From Camelus dromedarius (taxonomy: Eukaryota): a DNA stretch of 64,000 nt. Below, one piece after another: positions 13,824 through 26,719 of the stretch. Every line of letters starts with the position of its first letter. Positions within the stretch are counted from its first letter, which is position 1. Location: NCBI RefSeq assembly GCF_036321535.1, contig NC_087436.1:90584001-90648000 (forward strand). The letters run 5' to 3'. The position numbers were made by a program, and so were the translations under genes. Under the pieces are notes generated by a model that did no database searches, was not told the DNA's origin, and worked only from the letters and a program-made list of their open reading frames with translations.

Positions 13824-14827
13824 CCCCACAGAAGTGGCTATATTAAAATCAGAAAATGTAGACTTCAGAGCAAAAGAAAATTATCAAGAACAAAGAGAAT
13901 TAATAATGACTTAACTATAAATCCTGTATCTGTTAAAAGGAAAATAAGGGAATACTACCAATAATTCTATGCACGTAAGTTAGAAAAGTTAGTGAAAATG
14001 ACCCAATTCATTAAAAACACAAACTGCCAAAGCTCCCTCACCATATAATAGATTAACTGCATAGTTTCATAAATATTAAGGAAATTGATTCTGAAACATA
14101 AAAGCTTCCAAAAAAAAAAATATCTCCAGGCCCAGAGAGTTTCAGTGGATAATTTGCAGAAAACCTGTGGAAAATTTCCTGGCTGTTTGTAGTTTCCATG
14201 AAAGTTGAATATATGATTATGATCCAGCAATTCTATTTCCACGTATATTCTCAACATAAATATATATGAAATATGTGTATATAATATATATAAATGAACA
14301 TGTGAATGTATCTACCAATGTTCCTAGTAGTTCTATTTGCACTAATTAAAACCTCAGGGAGAAATTCAGAACTCAGTCTTCTCAGTTTCCTTCAGAACAG
14401 CTACACTCCCTTGCCCCAAACACACACACATACACACAGTGACCCCTCAGACTTCTCTTCAAAATCATGTAACGAATTTGAAAACCTGTGCTGTTAGGTA
14501 TCTTAAGGAAATCAAAATTCACTTCTAATGTATTTAAACTTTTTTTAAAATGTCATTGTTTGTTTGCTTGCTTTTTAAAGTACCCTTCTTTAATGAAATA
14601 GGATTAACACAAGTTTTATATGAACAATTCTGTTCCTGAATTCCTATATTCTCCATTAAATTGCATTATGAAATTGCAAAAGCATTTACATTTCTGAAAT
14701 AAAAATGAATTTCTTAAGAAAGAAGCCAAACTTTAAAAAATCTTCCAACCAAATAACTTTCTGAAAAAAATTAAAAAGGTAATAGAATCAATATTTAAAA
14801 TAATGCTGTGGCTCTTACAGTCAGAAG

Positions 14828-15290
14828 TACCTTTCCTATGTAAGCTGTGTGGCAGATGATTTATTATTCCACAAAATTATTATATATTTCTACCTTAGTA
14901 AAAGAGTTTTAACTGTCTGGCTACCCCAGAGAGAATGTTCCCCAACCTCCCTGAAACTTGTCATGGTTAATACACACATACAGTGGGTAATTCTGGGTCA
15001 CTCAATTAAAATGAAATCTGTTTTCTTGGACTTAAACTCTTGCCTCCTTACACAGGGCCTGAATATCATGACAGTGACTCAGCCTTGACCATATAGTGAC
15101 AATAAAAGGTAGCCTGACTGAAAAAGATGAAAGAAATTAGTATTCCTAGATGATTTTATGGAGTAGAGCCATCCTACCAACCTGTCCCACCCACACCTGG
15201 AAGTAGGTATGAAGGAAATACATGTTTTCATTTATTATATTCTGTGGGGTTTTTTTTTTGTTGTAGCCACTTAACTTATACTTTAACATG
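14828..15290 (+). mobile_element. MLT1 (J/K-like) MaLR LTR
   Basis: Contains 'tgtggcaga', 'tattcctagatgattttatggagtagagcca' and the end 'ttgttgtagccacttaacttatactttaac'. Confidence 0.55.
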
Positions 15291-15569
15291 GGCTGTACAT
15301 ACAAATCTCTGAGTCACCACCATGAAACTTTGCTTCCTGTTCAACAAAGTGCTCTCACTTACAGGCAAAATGAGTGCCCTGGCCAGATGAATATTCCTTT
15401 TTAGTTTACTTTCTAACTGTTTAATTTCACATCTTTATTCCACTACATCACTTGATATTTACCAGTTATTTTATTCACATTGCTTTTAGACACTTCATCT
15501 ATCTTCCAAATATTTCTCACCTGTATAATTATGAATGTATCTCTTTAAAATATCTGGCTAATGTACATT

Positions 15570-15820
15570 CTGTATACATTTTACACACATTTTGTATATA
15601 TAAATATATAATGTATACACAATGTGTATTGTGTGTATTTGTATATTTTGTGAGTATTTGCATATATGTAGAAATGTGGATGTATGTGGATAGATAGGTA
15701 GATAGATAGATAGATAGAGATGGAGAAAAGAAAAATAAGGAGGAGGAGGAAGAGAAGAAGATGATGGATGAGAAGCAAGAAGAGTAGAGAGGGAGAGAGA
15801 AGGAAAGCGAAAAAGAAAAG
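15570..15820. repeat. Low-complexity TA/TG tract, (GATA)n and GA-rich tract
   Basis: Directly visible; explains the overlapping spurious ORFs at 15452-15879. Confidence 0.9.
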
Positions 15821-16248
15821 ACAGCTCTACCATGCAAGACACAGAGAATAAATGATGAACAAAACAGGCATAGTATCATTCAGTTTATAATCTTGTTAGG
15901 GATACAGGCATTACTAAAAGTAATTACATGATAAATATAAAATCATAAACGTAGTAAATATATAAGATGCAATAAAAAACAGTGCAATAAAAGAGCTTTT
16001 AATAAAGAAAATTGATCCAGTTAAGGAGGCAAAGAAGGTTTAGCTGGGGAAACAGCTATTGAGTTGAGACTGGAATGATGAATAAAAGATGACTGGATAA
16101 GAGAGAACAGAAGACTGTTCAGTTGAAAGGAAATAGCATGTTCATATGCCTCCGGGATTAAATACAGGAATGCAATGTGTGACTGGAGCAGAGGGTAGGG
16201 ACCGGATGGAGTCTTGCAGGGCAACAGGCGAAAGTCTTCTTTCCCATC

Positions 16249-16308
16249 TTGTTTTTGTTTTTGTTTTTGTTTTTTTGCTGTTGTTGTTTTGTTTTGTTTT
16301 GTTTTTTT
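16249..16308. repeat. (TTTTTG)n/(TTTTG)n simple repeat
   Basis: Directly visible. Confidence 0.9.
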
Positions 16309-16699
16309 AACCAGTAGAACTGGTGGTACATTCCTGGCCTCTCTGCCCCTTATTCTCTTAATCCCAGGGGAGGTGAAATGATTTTGTCTGACTAGAAAAT
16401 GTGGTAACAATAAACGGGTCATGTCAACTGGGTTCCTCTCTTCTCCTTTTTGGTAGTGCATCTGCAACAAGGTCCAGAATTTCTCACGATCGCCCCATTC
16501 CTTAGTCCTTTCCTGAGAAGGTATTCCAGGTAGGGATTTCAGCTTGATCTGTGGCTTGAAGGAGGGAGGAGGTTGCCTATTTTTGAGGTTATTTTAAAAG
16601 GCCTATTTGCTTCCCAATACTAAGCTTAGATTTTATCCCTCACTTTAAATTTTATTAGTAAAATAAATGATATTTTAAAATCACTTATTATTTTTGAGA

Positions 16700-17110
16700 A
16701 TCAGCCAACATAGGCTTAATCATACCACAGTAACAACATCACCAAAAGATAAGAAACTTTTAAGTAAAGTTTCTTTCTCAATCGTGCATTCTCCTGTGTG
16801 TCTGGATGACTCCCCAGAGCAGCTGTCTTGTAAGTTTTGACTCATCATTCCAGGCTGCTTTAATTTCATGGCATTACATATTAACATGTGCTTTCACTAT
16901 TGCGGTGGCAGAGGAAGTGTGCACAGATAATCATTCATGACTCTTAAATACTTCCCTTCAGAAAGTATACATGTCATTTCAGGTTCATGTTTCATTGGCC
17001 AACACAAATCACACAGCCATGGTCATTTCCCAGGGACACGTTCCCCTAAACAGAATAAAATCAGATACCTCAGGGAGCTCTAACAGAGTCTTCCATTACC
17101 TTCTCTTTCA
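16700..17110 (-). mobile_element. Old MLT1-type MaLR LTR
   Basis: 'cagaagtatacatgtcatttcaggttcatgtttcattggccaacacaaatcacacagcca' is a typical antisense MLT1 motif. Confidence 0.55.
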
Positions 17111-20100
17111 GATCATTTTTGCCTCAATCAAATATAACATGAGTAACCTAAGTCAGAAGCTAAAGCAAACTGTCAACTCGATCTATCCCAAATCCTGTAT
17201 CTAAATCATTTATCTTTATCTTGATATTCTAGCATCTTATGATTCCATTCATCAGTAAAAGCGAGAAGGCAGAAGCAGTAGTTTAGTAGTTGTTACTACA
17301 GTGCTAAGACGGGTTCTAATGAGTTTAAATGTAGGGATGTGCATTTTCTAAGAGCATTGTGCCTGGGCCTCTCACACTAAATAATGTAGGGGATACGTGA
17401 GCATTTAAAAGTATCCAATCCTCATTCATCCTTCCTTTAAACCTTTCTAGTAACTCTCACTTAGGATTTTAATGCAAAAAATTACTCCTAATTTTTCAAT
17501 CAGTACAGCCTATACCTTCATGTCCTGGAGCTGGAATTAAATTGGGCAGGTTGGCACAATAATGACATGGAAAGATCAAAAATTAATCTCTTGTCTGTGA
17601 AGCCAGTAATAGCTAATAACTAGTAGGTCTATTTTGAGTAGCAAGAAAAGATGGAGTGAAATGACAAGAGTAAGTATATCCAAAAATGTAATTTTCAATG
17701 TATTATTTTAGTGTAAATATAAAATATTACTCATATATTACTAAAGTTCCCAATATTATTAACTAAATTATGTTAATAATATGATAGCTGTAGTAAATAA
17801 AATTTCTCCTCCAAACCACCTTAAGTAGTTATTTCTGATATTTTAAGAAAGGTTAAAATATTTATTAATTTAATTGATCAGCGTTACTGGTTATCTATTC
17901 ATATGCTGAGCAATGCTATGCTCTGGGGGAAATACAAAAATGAATAAGTGGTGAATTTTTTTTTTTTAGGAATTAAAAATTTAGCTATTATGATTCTATA
18001 ACAGACATGAGGTTTCAAAATAAAGAACAGGCAAACCTAAGCAAATATATGGTTTACTGCCATAGCCAGGAATAAGATAAAATCATTTTTCCACATTGAC
18101 TAGGGAGCAAGTTTCATTTTAGCCTAATGCTCAATTGTCTTCTTAAATGACTCATTCTCTTCTAATTAATAGGATAGCATTTTACTTAATAACTATGGAC
18201 TTCTCAAAAGCTATGTTCAAATTAATTTCCTTTGTCTTCTATTAACAAAGCAGTAAAACTAAGATGCATATGGTCCAAGGCTCCCTTGCAGCTATGATCA
18301 GCCACATGAAGCACTCCAGGCAGGACCTATCTTCCTTCACTACTTCCCCTTTTTCTTAATTTAATTGAGACATGCTCTTCAATAATCCTGTGATCATGAC
18401 AGCCAAAATCACAGGCTAAAATTAGTGAATCAGGAAGATAAAGAATACCAAGTTGACAAGCATTGTTAAGTCACACTAGCTCTGGATAACCTTCTGAATT
18501 TCTTTGTGTGAGAAATACAAGCCTATAATTAGTATAAGTCACAGTAATAGGATTTTCTGTAATTCAGAACCAAATGGAAACATAATGAAAGAGTGATAGT
18601 CAGAAGTCCATTACAGAAGAACCATTAGAGAGGAATTTGTTTCATTTTGTCCATTAACTATTTAGTTTCTGTTAATTTTGATAGGAGAAAATAAATAGCC
18701 AAATTTATTGGTATAAATCAAGATTGAAGTTCTTATTTTTCTTGAACCTTCTCATTTTGCAAAATAGGATTAAGTAAAAGGAATAAAAATATGCTCCATA
18801 ATATTACCATGTAAATAAGAACATTTAAGCTCCTGGACTTGTGGTTATATTTTCTTCATCAATTTACACAAACAGGTGCACACATACACATACTTATTTC
18901 ATATGCAGAGAAGCTTAGTAACCAAAAGCAATTTTGCACAGCATATGGAAAATTAATCAGACTTTCTTTGAAATAAGATTCACAACACATCTTCCCAAAG
19001 AGAATTTTCTAAAAGACATTAGATCAAGAATATTCACTCATAGTCCAGCTGCTGAGGAATTAGATCCAAATCTTAGTATTTGACTTGTTGTTACCCTTTT
19101 GAAACACACAAGATTGTTTTCCTCTTATGGACTTACTGAAAGCCAATTTGCCATTCTAAACCATCTGTCACTTACCCAAGAAAAGATTTATTATTTTCAC
19201 TGAAAAATTATTTGTAATAAAAGACATAGAGTCACTACAGATAAGTTTCCGATTTACATTGTGCTCTTCAGACTCTCTGAGTCTCACTAACTGCACCTTT
19301 TTGTCCTTAACTGCAATATTCAGGGGTCTAGTGACCTCCTGAAAAACTGCACCTGAAAAAGTCAAACAAGAGGGTAATTTTTAATGATAGGAAGACAAAC
19401 CTATCTGTAGTAATTGACCGAGGATATTATAACAAAGCCTTTTCTGGATATTGCAGAACCTCTGACTTCCTGTTAACTAAAGTGTCCCTCACCACTTACT
19501 TTACTGAGGTTCCAGAAAGGGATGCTCCTGCTTCACCGTCACCAGTGAGCAAGGAAGGTGCTGAGGCAAAGAGCAGTTGGCTGGACTTGGAGCAGCAGAG
19601 AAACTTTGTCAATGATAGTTACCACTGTCACAACTGTGATGTTACAGACTTGCATTCACAGTCAAAGTTAAGAATATCTTACAAAGAGCATAATCTCTTT
19701 TAATTATGAATTTGGTCTATGTCCTTGCTTACAAAGGTTCACAATTTGAAAGGCTGGATATTGTGTTATTCAATGTTGTGTTATCTCATGTTCTATTGGC
19801 ATATATCAAATATGTATGTGCACGTAGGGGCACATTATCTATTTTAAACAGGATGTGCAGACCATAACATAGGGAAGTATGGACTATAAGAACCTCAACC
19901 ATATTCTGCAAATCTGTTTATTAACATGAATGATTTGCAGAATAGTAACTCAAAAATAACATCTCAAAAGTGGCTCTGTGCTCCATCTTGTCAAATACCT
20001 CTTTTTGTATATAAGGTAATGTGTCAAAGTAAAACTTATACAGAGAGAGAACTTTCAGACAAACTCGTAATGGTAAGGTTTCAAAAAGCAACTTAGAAGC

Positions 20101-20269
20101 CCCCAAAGTTTACATGGTATTTTTCCCACATTGTTCATTTTCAGCCACATAAATGTTTCTAATCACCTACAACAGGCATGAGAGTGGGCAGCAAATTGTG
20201 AAATAATAGTTTTAGTGAAGCAATTTCTTCCTTAAAAACTGAACTAAAATAGACTGGAGGCAATGTTAC

Positions 20270-20500
20270 TGATGGAGAAATATGGACATAAGTATAAAGC
20301 AAACTTGGTCTCAGATTTCAGCTCTTGCAGAAGGTCTAGTTACTTACTGAACACAATAAAGATATTTTATAACCTTGGGTTTCACCATCATTAAGATAGG
20401 GATTTAAATCCCTCAAGGTTTTTGTAAAGACTAAATGATCAGTAAGTGTAAAGCATCCAGTATTGTGCCTAGTGAATAGGATGTGTTTAAAAAAATAAAT
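20270..20500 (+). mobile_element. MIR SINE
   Basis: 'ccttgggtttcaccatcattaagataggg...gtaaagactaaatga...gtaaagcatccagtattgtgcct'. Confidence 0.65.
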
Positions 20501-20610
20501 CTGATGATTATTTTATATTATATGTAGAACATAGGTGGGATAAAACAATAAAAATAATACAAAATAATTCTAAATAAAAATGTAGCAGTAAATGCAGTGG
20601 TTAATTTTTT

Positions 20611-22805
20611 CTCTTTTTTTTCTTTTTTAACATTTTTATTGACTTATAGCCATTTTACAATGTTGTGTCAAATTCCAGTGTAGAGCACAATTTTTCAGTT
20701 ATACATGAACATACATATATTCATTGTCAAATTTTTTTTCACTGTGAGCTACCATAAGATCTTATATATATTCCCCTGTGCTATACAGTATAATCTTGTT
20801 TATCTGTTCTACATTTTGAAATCCCAGTCTGTCCCTTCTCACCCCACGCCCCTTTGGCAACCACAAGTTTGTATTCTATGTCTGAGTCTGTTTCTGTTTT
20901 GTATTTATGTTTTGTTTTTTTAGATTCCACATATGAGCGATCTCATACGGTATTTTTCTTTCTCTTTCTGGCTTACTTTACTTAGAATGACATTCTCCAG
21001 GAACATCCATGTTGCTGCAAATGGCATTATGTTGTTGTTTTTATGGCTGAATAGTATTCCATTGTATTAATATACCACTTCTTCCTTATCCAGTCATCTG
21101 TTGATGGACATTTAAGCTGTTTCCATGTCTTGGCTATTGTAAATTGTGGTGCAGGTATCTTTTTGAAGTCGGGTTCCTTCTGGATATATGCCTAGGAGCG
21201 GGATTACTGGGTCATGTGGTAAGTCTATTCCTAGTCTCTTAAGGAATCTCCATACTGCTTTCCACAGTGGCTGCACCAAACTGTATCCCCACCAGCAGTG
21301 TAGGAGGGTTCCCTTTTCTCCATAGCCTCTCCAGCATTTGTCATTTGTGGACTTTGGAATGATGGCCATTCTGACGGGTGTGAGGTGATACCTCATCATA
21401 GTTTTGATTTGCATATCTCTGATAATTAGTGATGTTGAGCATTTTATCATGTGCCTATTGATCATTTGTATTTCTTCCTTGGAGAATTGCTTGTTTAGGT
21501 CTTTTGCCCATTTCTGGATTGGGTTTCTTTGTGTTTTTCTTATTAAGTCATATGAGCTGCTTATATATTCTGGAGATCAAGCCTTTGTCGGTTTCATTTG
21601 CAAAAATTTTCTCCCATTCCATAGGTTGTCGTTTTGTTTTACTTATGGTTTCCTTTGCTGTGCAGAAGCTTGTAAGTTTAATTAGGCCCCATTTGTTTAT
21701 TTTTGCTTTTATTTCTATTGCTTGGGTAGACTGCCCTAGGAGAACATTTTTGAGATGTATGTGAGAAAATGTTTTGCCTATATTTTTTTCTAGGAGGTTT
21801 ATTGTATCTTGTCTTATGTTTAAGTCTCTGATCCATTTTGAGTTTATTTTTATGTATGGTATAAGGGAGTGTTCTAGCTTCATTGCTTTACATGCTGCTG
21901 TCCAGTTTTCCCAAAACCATTTGCTGAAGAGACTGTCTTTATTCCATTGTATATTCTTGCCTCTTTTGTCGAAGATGAGTTGACCAAAAGTTTGTGGGTT
22001 CATTTCTGGGCTCTCTATTCTGTTCCATTGGTCCATATGTCTGTTTTTGTACCAATACCATGCTGTCTTGATGACTGTAGCTCTATAGTATTGTCTGAAG
22101 TCTGGGAGAGTTATTCCTCCAGCCTCTTTCTTTGTCTTCAGTAATGCTTTGGCAATTCTAGGTCTTTGATGGTTCCATGTAAATTTTATTTTGATTTGTT
22201 CTAGTTCTGTGAAGTATGTCCTGGGTAATTTGATAGGAATTGCATTAAATCTGTAGATTGCCTTGGGCAGTGTGACCATTTTAACAATATTGATTCTTCC
22301 AATCCACAATCATGGGATATCTTTCCATTTTTTAAAGTCTTCTTTAATTTCCTTCATCAGTGGTTTATAGTTTTCTGTGTATAAGTCTGTCACGTCCTTG
22401 GTTAGACTTATTCCTAGGTATTTTATTACTTTGGGTGCTATTTTAAAGGGGATTGTTTCTTTACTTTCTTTTTCTGTTGATTCATCATTAGTGTAAAGAA
22501 ATGCAACTGATTTTTGAACATTAATCTTGTAACCTGCTACCTTGCTGAATTCTTTGATCAGCTCTAGTGGACCTTTTGTGTGGACCTTTTAGGGTTTTCT
22601 ATATATAATAACATGTCATTGGCATATAGTGACACTTTTACCTCTTCTTTTCTGATTTGGATCCCTTTTATTTCTCTCTCTTGCCTGATTGCTGTGGCTA
22701 GGACTTCCAAGACTATGTTGAACAGGAGTGGTGATAGTGGGCAACCTTGTCTTGGCCCAGATTTTAGTGGGAAGCTTTTGAGTTTTTCACTATTGAGTAC
22801 TATGC
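20611..22805 (-). mobile_element. Young lineage-specific LINE-1, 5'-truncated (about 2.2 kb)
   Basis: ORF2 RT-to-C-terminus remnant, 3' UTR and A-tail (T-run at 20611-20628). Perfect 18-bp TSD tgcagtggttaatttttt at 20593-20610 and 22806-22823. Confidence 0.97.
21112..22805 (-). pseudogene. Disrupted L1 ORF2 (partial RT plus Cys-rich C-terminus)
   Basis: Translates to [25 protein letters not shown] in place of the catalytic YADD (22615-22626), '[10 protein letters not shown]...AGGITLPDF...[16 protein letters not shown]' and '[16 protein letters not shown]'; broken by frameshifts and stops. Confidence 0.95.
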
Positions 22806-23014
22806 TGCAGTGGTTAATTTTTTAAGTTTATTAATTCTATATGCTATTGATTGCCAAAACTCTCATCAGTCCATTGTCTTCTTCTGAGATGAAGACCCAA
22901 CTTCTAACTCACAATTAAGTGGTTAGAAATCTCTACCTGAATTTCAGTCAGGCATCTTAAACGTACTGAACTGAATTCACCAATTCACATGCATCAGCAT
23001 AATCACTCACACCC

Positions 23015-23045
<31 letters not shown>
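23015..23045. repeat. (CA)n microsatellite
   Basis: Directly visible. Confidence 0.95.
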
Positions 23046-24330
23046 AAGAATATCATCACTGCCAAAAAATTAAAATCTGTTCACCTTTAAATTCTCTAAA
23101 AGAGTTTGGCCCAAGTCATCCTCAAAAATCCCTCCCTGTAACCATTCAGTCACCAAATTCTAACAATTTGACTACCTCTCTGTTGAACTATTGATCTGAC
23201 TATATGTATTTTTGTATATGAAATATTACATATATAACCTTCTCTATCCCCAAGATCCTAGCAATTTTTTCCCATGATAAGAAACACTCTGACTACATTT
23301 TCCTGTCAAACTCACTGTTTTAACCATATCAAATATCTTCCTATCTTTCTGACACGTCAAGTTCTCATAAATGCTATTGCCTCCATCTGTAATCATCTCA
23401 TTATGCATTTCTACTCTTTCTCTGGTGTTTATCTTTAAATGGTAGTTCCCCTGGAAGGCCAAATGTAATATTGAAGTATTTTAGTTGTCCGTGGATGCAA
23501 ACTATATGAAGCAATAGGTCATGGAGCAATAGGGATGAAATTAAATTATTAAAGTGGAATCAAAATGAAATTTATAAAAAAGAAAAGAGAGTGATTAGAG
23601 TTGGAGTTGCTGAACCTAAAATATTGCCTTTCATGTAGGAGATGATTTTTAAAGACTATTTGTTGAATTCAAATTGCATTCACTCAAGAAATGTTTGTGG
23701 AACATCTATTATATGCCAATCCTTGTTTTATGTTCTAAGAATAGAGCAGAAAAACTAAATCTCTGCCCTTCTAGTGTTAACATTCTAATAAATTTTGGAA
23801 AAGCTTAATATACAATTATGTTTTAAAGTTAAAAACAATGTAATAATATCAAAAAATTTACAATTAGAAATTTAAAAATCCATATTATCCCACTACTTTA
23901 ATAAAACTGTTATTTTCTTATTGGCATCCTGGTATCTAACTTCCATTAATATTTTTCTCCTCTAAAGTTTTAATATAAATCAGTGAATGTATATGTTGTC
24001 ACATTAAATACTAAATAATTTTTGAAAAATGTTAGTTTTCTGGTACTTTTAAAATTAAAAATATATATTTTAATAAAAAATAAATTATATGTATATAGTT
24101 ATTTATTTTCAACTTTAGACACTAGGTATTCATTCTCTGACATGATGAGGATCTATCTTACTGTAGACTGTCCCCTCCTAATACTTGCTATGTGTGCTAT
24201 TATTATTTTAGTTCTCTTATTTACTCTAAAACTTTAAATATAACACAAAGTTTTCTTTCTTTTTCCATAAATGTTTGCCGTAACATCTGGCCCTCTGCAA
24301 TGAAAGATGGTGGTGCTAATACTCCTGTTC

Positions 24331-24385
24331 TTTCTCCACATTGCATCTCTTTTCTCCACGTTGCATCTCTTTTCTCCACGTTGCA
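24331..24385. repeat. 20-bp tandem repeat, 2.75 copies
   Basis: Unit tttctccac(a/g)ttgcatctct with one mismatch. Confidence 0.95.
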
Positions 24386-25009
24386 ATTCTGCTGCCGACA
24401 TTTTATTTTTACACAGTCAAGTTTAATACTTATTTATGATTTAGTAATAACTATAAGTTTGTATGTCTGATACAATAAATCAAAAGCTATTAAAATGAAA
24501 GAGATTAAAGAACATTTACATCGTTAATGGCATATAATCTCTTCAATATTAGACTTGGTAATATGCTAGAATAACACATTTTTTTTCTCTCTATGTCCAA
24601 AGTGATTAGCCACACCCACTAAAAGTGTTCCCACATTTTAGGTAAAATACATAATAATTTTCCTTATTTAAAATTAATGGCACACTTTCCCTTCCTATTG
24701 GGAAATTATTTGTGTACATTCTTTTGTTTTGTATGAGTTTGCAGGTTGCCTCATTTTTGTTATAGTGCTAGATTTTCTTTGTTCTCATATATTTTTACAG
24801 TCTCAACTATAGCATGTTATTTACTTGTGGTCTTTCTATACTCTGGCTCCAGTCAAGACTGGCTGTTCTCTAGGCTGATGCACAGCTGTTATTCTATGCC
24901 TTGGATTTACTCACCTCCTAGATTCTAGCCACTATTTCTTGAATGCACTTTTGTCTTTCTTGATTTGCACCTTAATTTTCTTGATAACTGTCTTTTACTA
25001 CAATGAATA

Positions 25010-25590
25010 TGCAGGTTATTTGAGGATCTCACAACAACTTCATGTTAGGTGACTCATTAGCAAGACCCACAGGACCCAGAAGCTACGGTAATTGATCCTG
25101 AAAGGATGCAAAGGAGGATCAGCAACAGAAAAAGACCCATCAGGCAGAGTCTGGAGGATATCAGGAACAGACTGCTAAGGTTTCCTCTCAGGTTAGGGGG
25201 TGTGAGGGCTGCAAAGAGCACGCTTCTTTCTCCCACAATGAAATGCAGCAACATTTGTAGGATGATTTTGCCCAAGAAAGCCCACTTGAGACTCACAATA
25301 CAGGACTTTTAGCGACCACAAAGGCATTCCCTGCCTGAGTCATAATTACAAAAATTACAGATTTCCAGAAGGTAAAGCGACATTTACCACAGATCACATT
25401 TTTGCACAGATAATCTAGTCCTCTTGGTACAGCAGGGTTCAGGGCCCAGGCATAAAGAACAACCTTACTGATTAGTAACATAGGGAAGATTCCAAAAGCC
25501 AAGTTCCCAAATACCAGCCAAGGACAACTCCGCAAGCATGCCCTTCTGAAAAGCAACATCAGGCCTGCTGTGTTAACTCTCTGCCACACA
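25010..25590 (-). mobile_element. MER21-like LTR
   Basis: 'tgaaaggatgcaaaggaggatcagcaacagaaaaagac' and the end 'caggcctgctgtgttaactctctgccaca'. Confidence 0.7.
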
Positions 25591-25684
25591 GAGGAAACTT
25601 CCTAAATATTTACATGTCTAAAATATCTGATATTTTGTCTGACTATAGAATTCTTGGAAGAACTGTCCTCTGAAAGCATTTTGA

Positions 25685-26212
25685 AAGGCAAAATTCCAAG
25701 GTGCTCCCCAAGATTCCTAGCCCCTAGTGTAATTACTTTGTACAATCTCCTGCCCTTGATGAGCTTATTTTACATGACAAAGGTAAAAGTATTTCACAGA
25801 TGTAATTAAGGCTCCTGGTCAGCAGACTGAATTAATCAAAGGAGAGTATCCCGGGTGTCTCTGACCTTACAAGGTAACACCTTATCAAAAGAAGTTTGAG
25901 ATGTTCTTTGAAGGTAGAGGTTCAAAACAGTGAGATAGTGGCATGCTGACCTTGAAGGAGCAAACTGCCATGTTCTGGAGAGGTCCACCTGGCAGCAAAC
26001 TGAAAACGGTCCCTCATAGCTGAGGGGCGCACTCCTACAACTGCAAGGAACTAAATTCTGGCAGCAACAGTGAGAAGACGACCCCAAGCCTCAGATGAGA
26101 CCACAGTCCTGGCCAGCTCTCTGATTGCAGTCTTACAGACCTTCAGCATAGCACCCAGCATACTACCCCCTAGGCCCTCAGGAATTTTGAGATAAAAATG
26201 TGTGCCATTGTG
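25685..26212 (+). mobile_element. MLT1E-like MaLR LTR lacking its 3' terminus
   Basis: 'cagatgtaattaaggctcct...ttaatcaaaggagagtat', 'cctacaactgcaaggaactaaattctg' and 'cctcagatgagaccacag'. Confidence 0.75.
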
Positions 26213-26214
26213 CA

Positions 26215-26340
26215 GGAGAGAATAGCTCAGTAGTGAAGTGTCTACTTAGCATGCATGAGGTCCTGCGTTCAACCCCTAGTGCCTCCATTTTAAAAATTGA
26301 ATAAATAAATCTAATTACACCCCCCAAATTTTTTTTAAAA
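26215..26340 (+). mobile_element. tRNA-derived SINE, Vic-1-like (camelid)
   Basis: A-box-like 'tagctcagtagtg', 'cttagcatgcatgaggtcctgcgttcaacccc' (B box), and tail 'ataaataaatctaattacaccccc'. Confidence 0.8.
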
Positions 26341-26469
26341 CTCTTTACAGTAGCCAAGACACGGAAGCAACCTAAATGTCCATCGATAGATGACTGGATA
26401 AAGAAGTAATATATATATATATATATATATTACATATTATTATATTATATAATTAATATATATTATGTG

Positions 26470-26519
<50 letters not shown>

Positions 26520-26719
26520 GGAATACTACTCGGCTATAAAAAGAATAAAATAATGCCATTTGTAACTACATGGATGGACCTGGAGATTGTCATATCAAGG
26601 GAAGTAAGCCAGAAAGAGAAATAAAAATACCATATAATATCACTTAAGTGTGGAATCTAAAAAAAAAAAAAAAACAAAAACAAAAAAAAAACCACAAATG
26701 AACTTATTTACAAAACAGC
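26341..26719 (+). mobile_element. Young L1 ORF2-end/3' UTR fragment with internal (TA)n/(CA)n expansion
   Basis: 'gccaagacacggaagcaacctaaatgtccatc...caatggaatactactc...gtggaatctaaaaaa'; microsatellite at about 26409-26517. Confidence 0.9.

Larger units (their letters stand above)
13010..14350 (+). mobile_element. Old internally deleted L1M, host of the 13100-13823 retrocopy
   Basis: ORF2 endonuclease-region sequence 'aaagtataccatgcaa...gtgg|ctatattaaaatcagaaaatgtagacttcag' continues across the insert; later segments include 'aagggaatactac' and 'tatgatccagcaattc'. Confidence 0.75.

Noticed and set aside
15452..16470. Cluster of overlapping ORFs of 65-149 aa
   Set aside because: They run through low-complexity and simple repeats and show no recognisable domain.
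19482..19703. ORF with protein-like composition (VPERDAPASPSPVSKEG...)
   Set aside because: No ATG start, no convincing splice-site pair and no recognised homology.
21548..22309. Longest ORF (253 aa) as a host gene
   Set aside because: It is an internal fragment of a truncated, frameshifted L1 ORF2.
26215..26290. tRNA-like sequence as a tRNA gene
   Set aside because: It is degenerate and continues into a SINE-type AT-rich tail.
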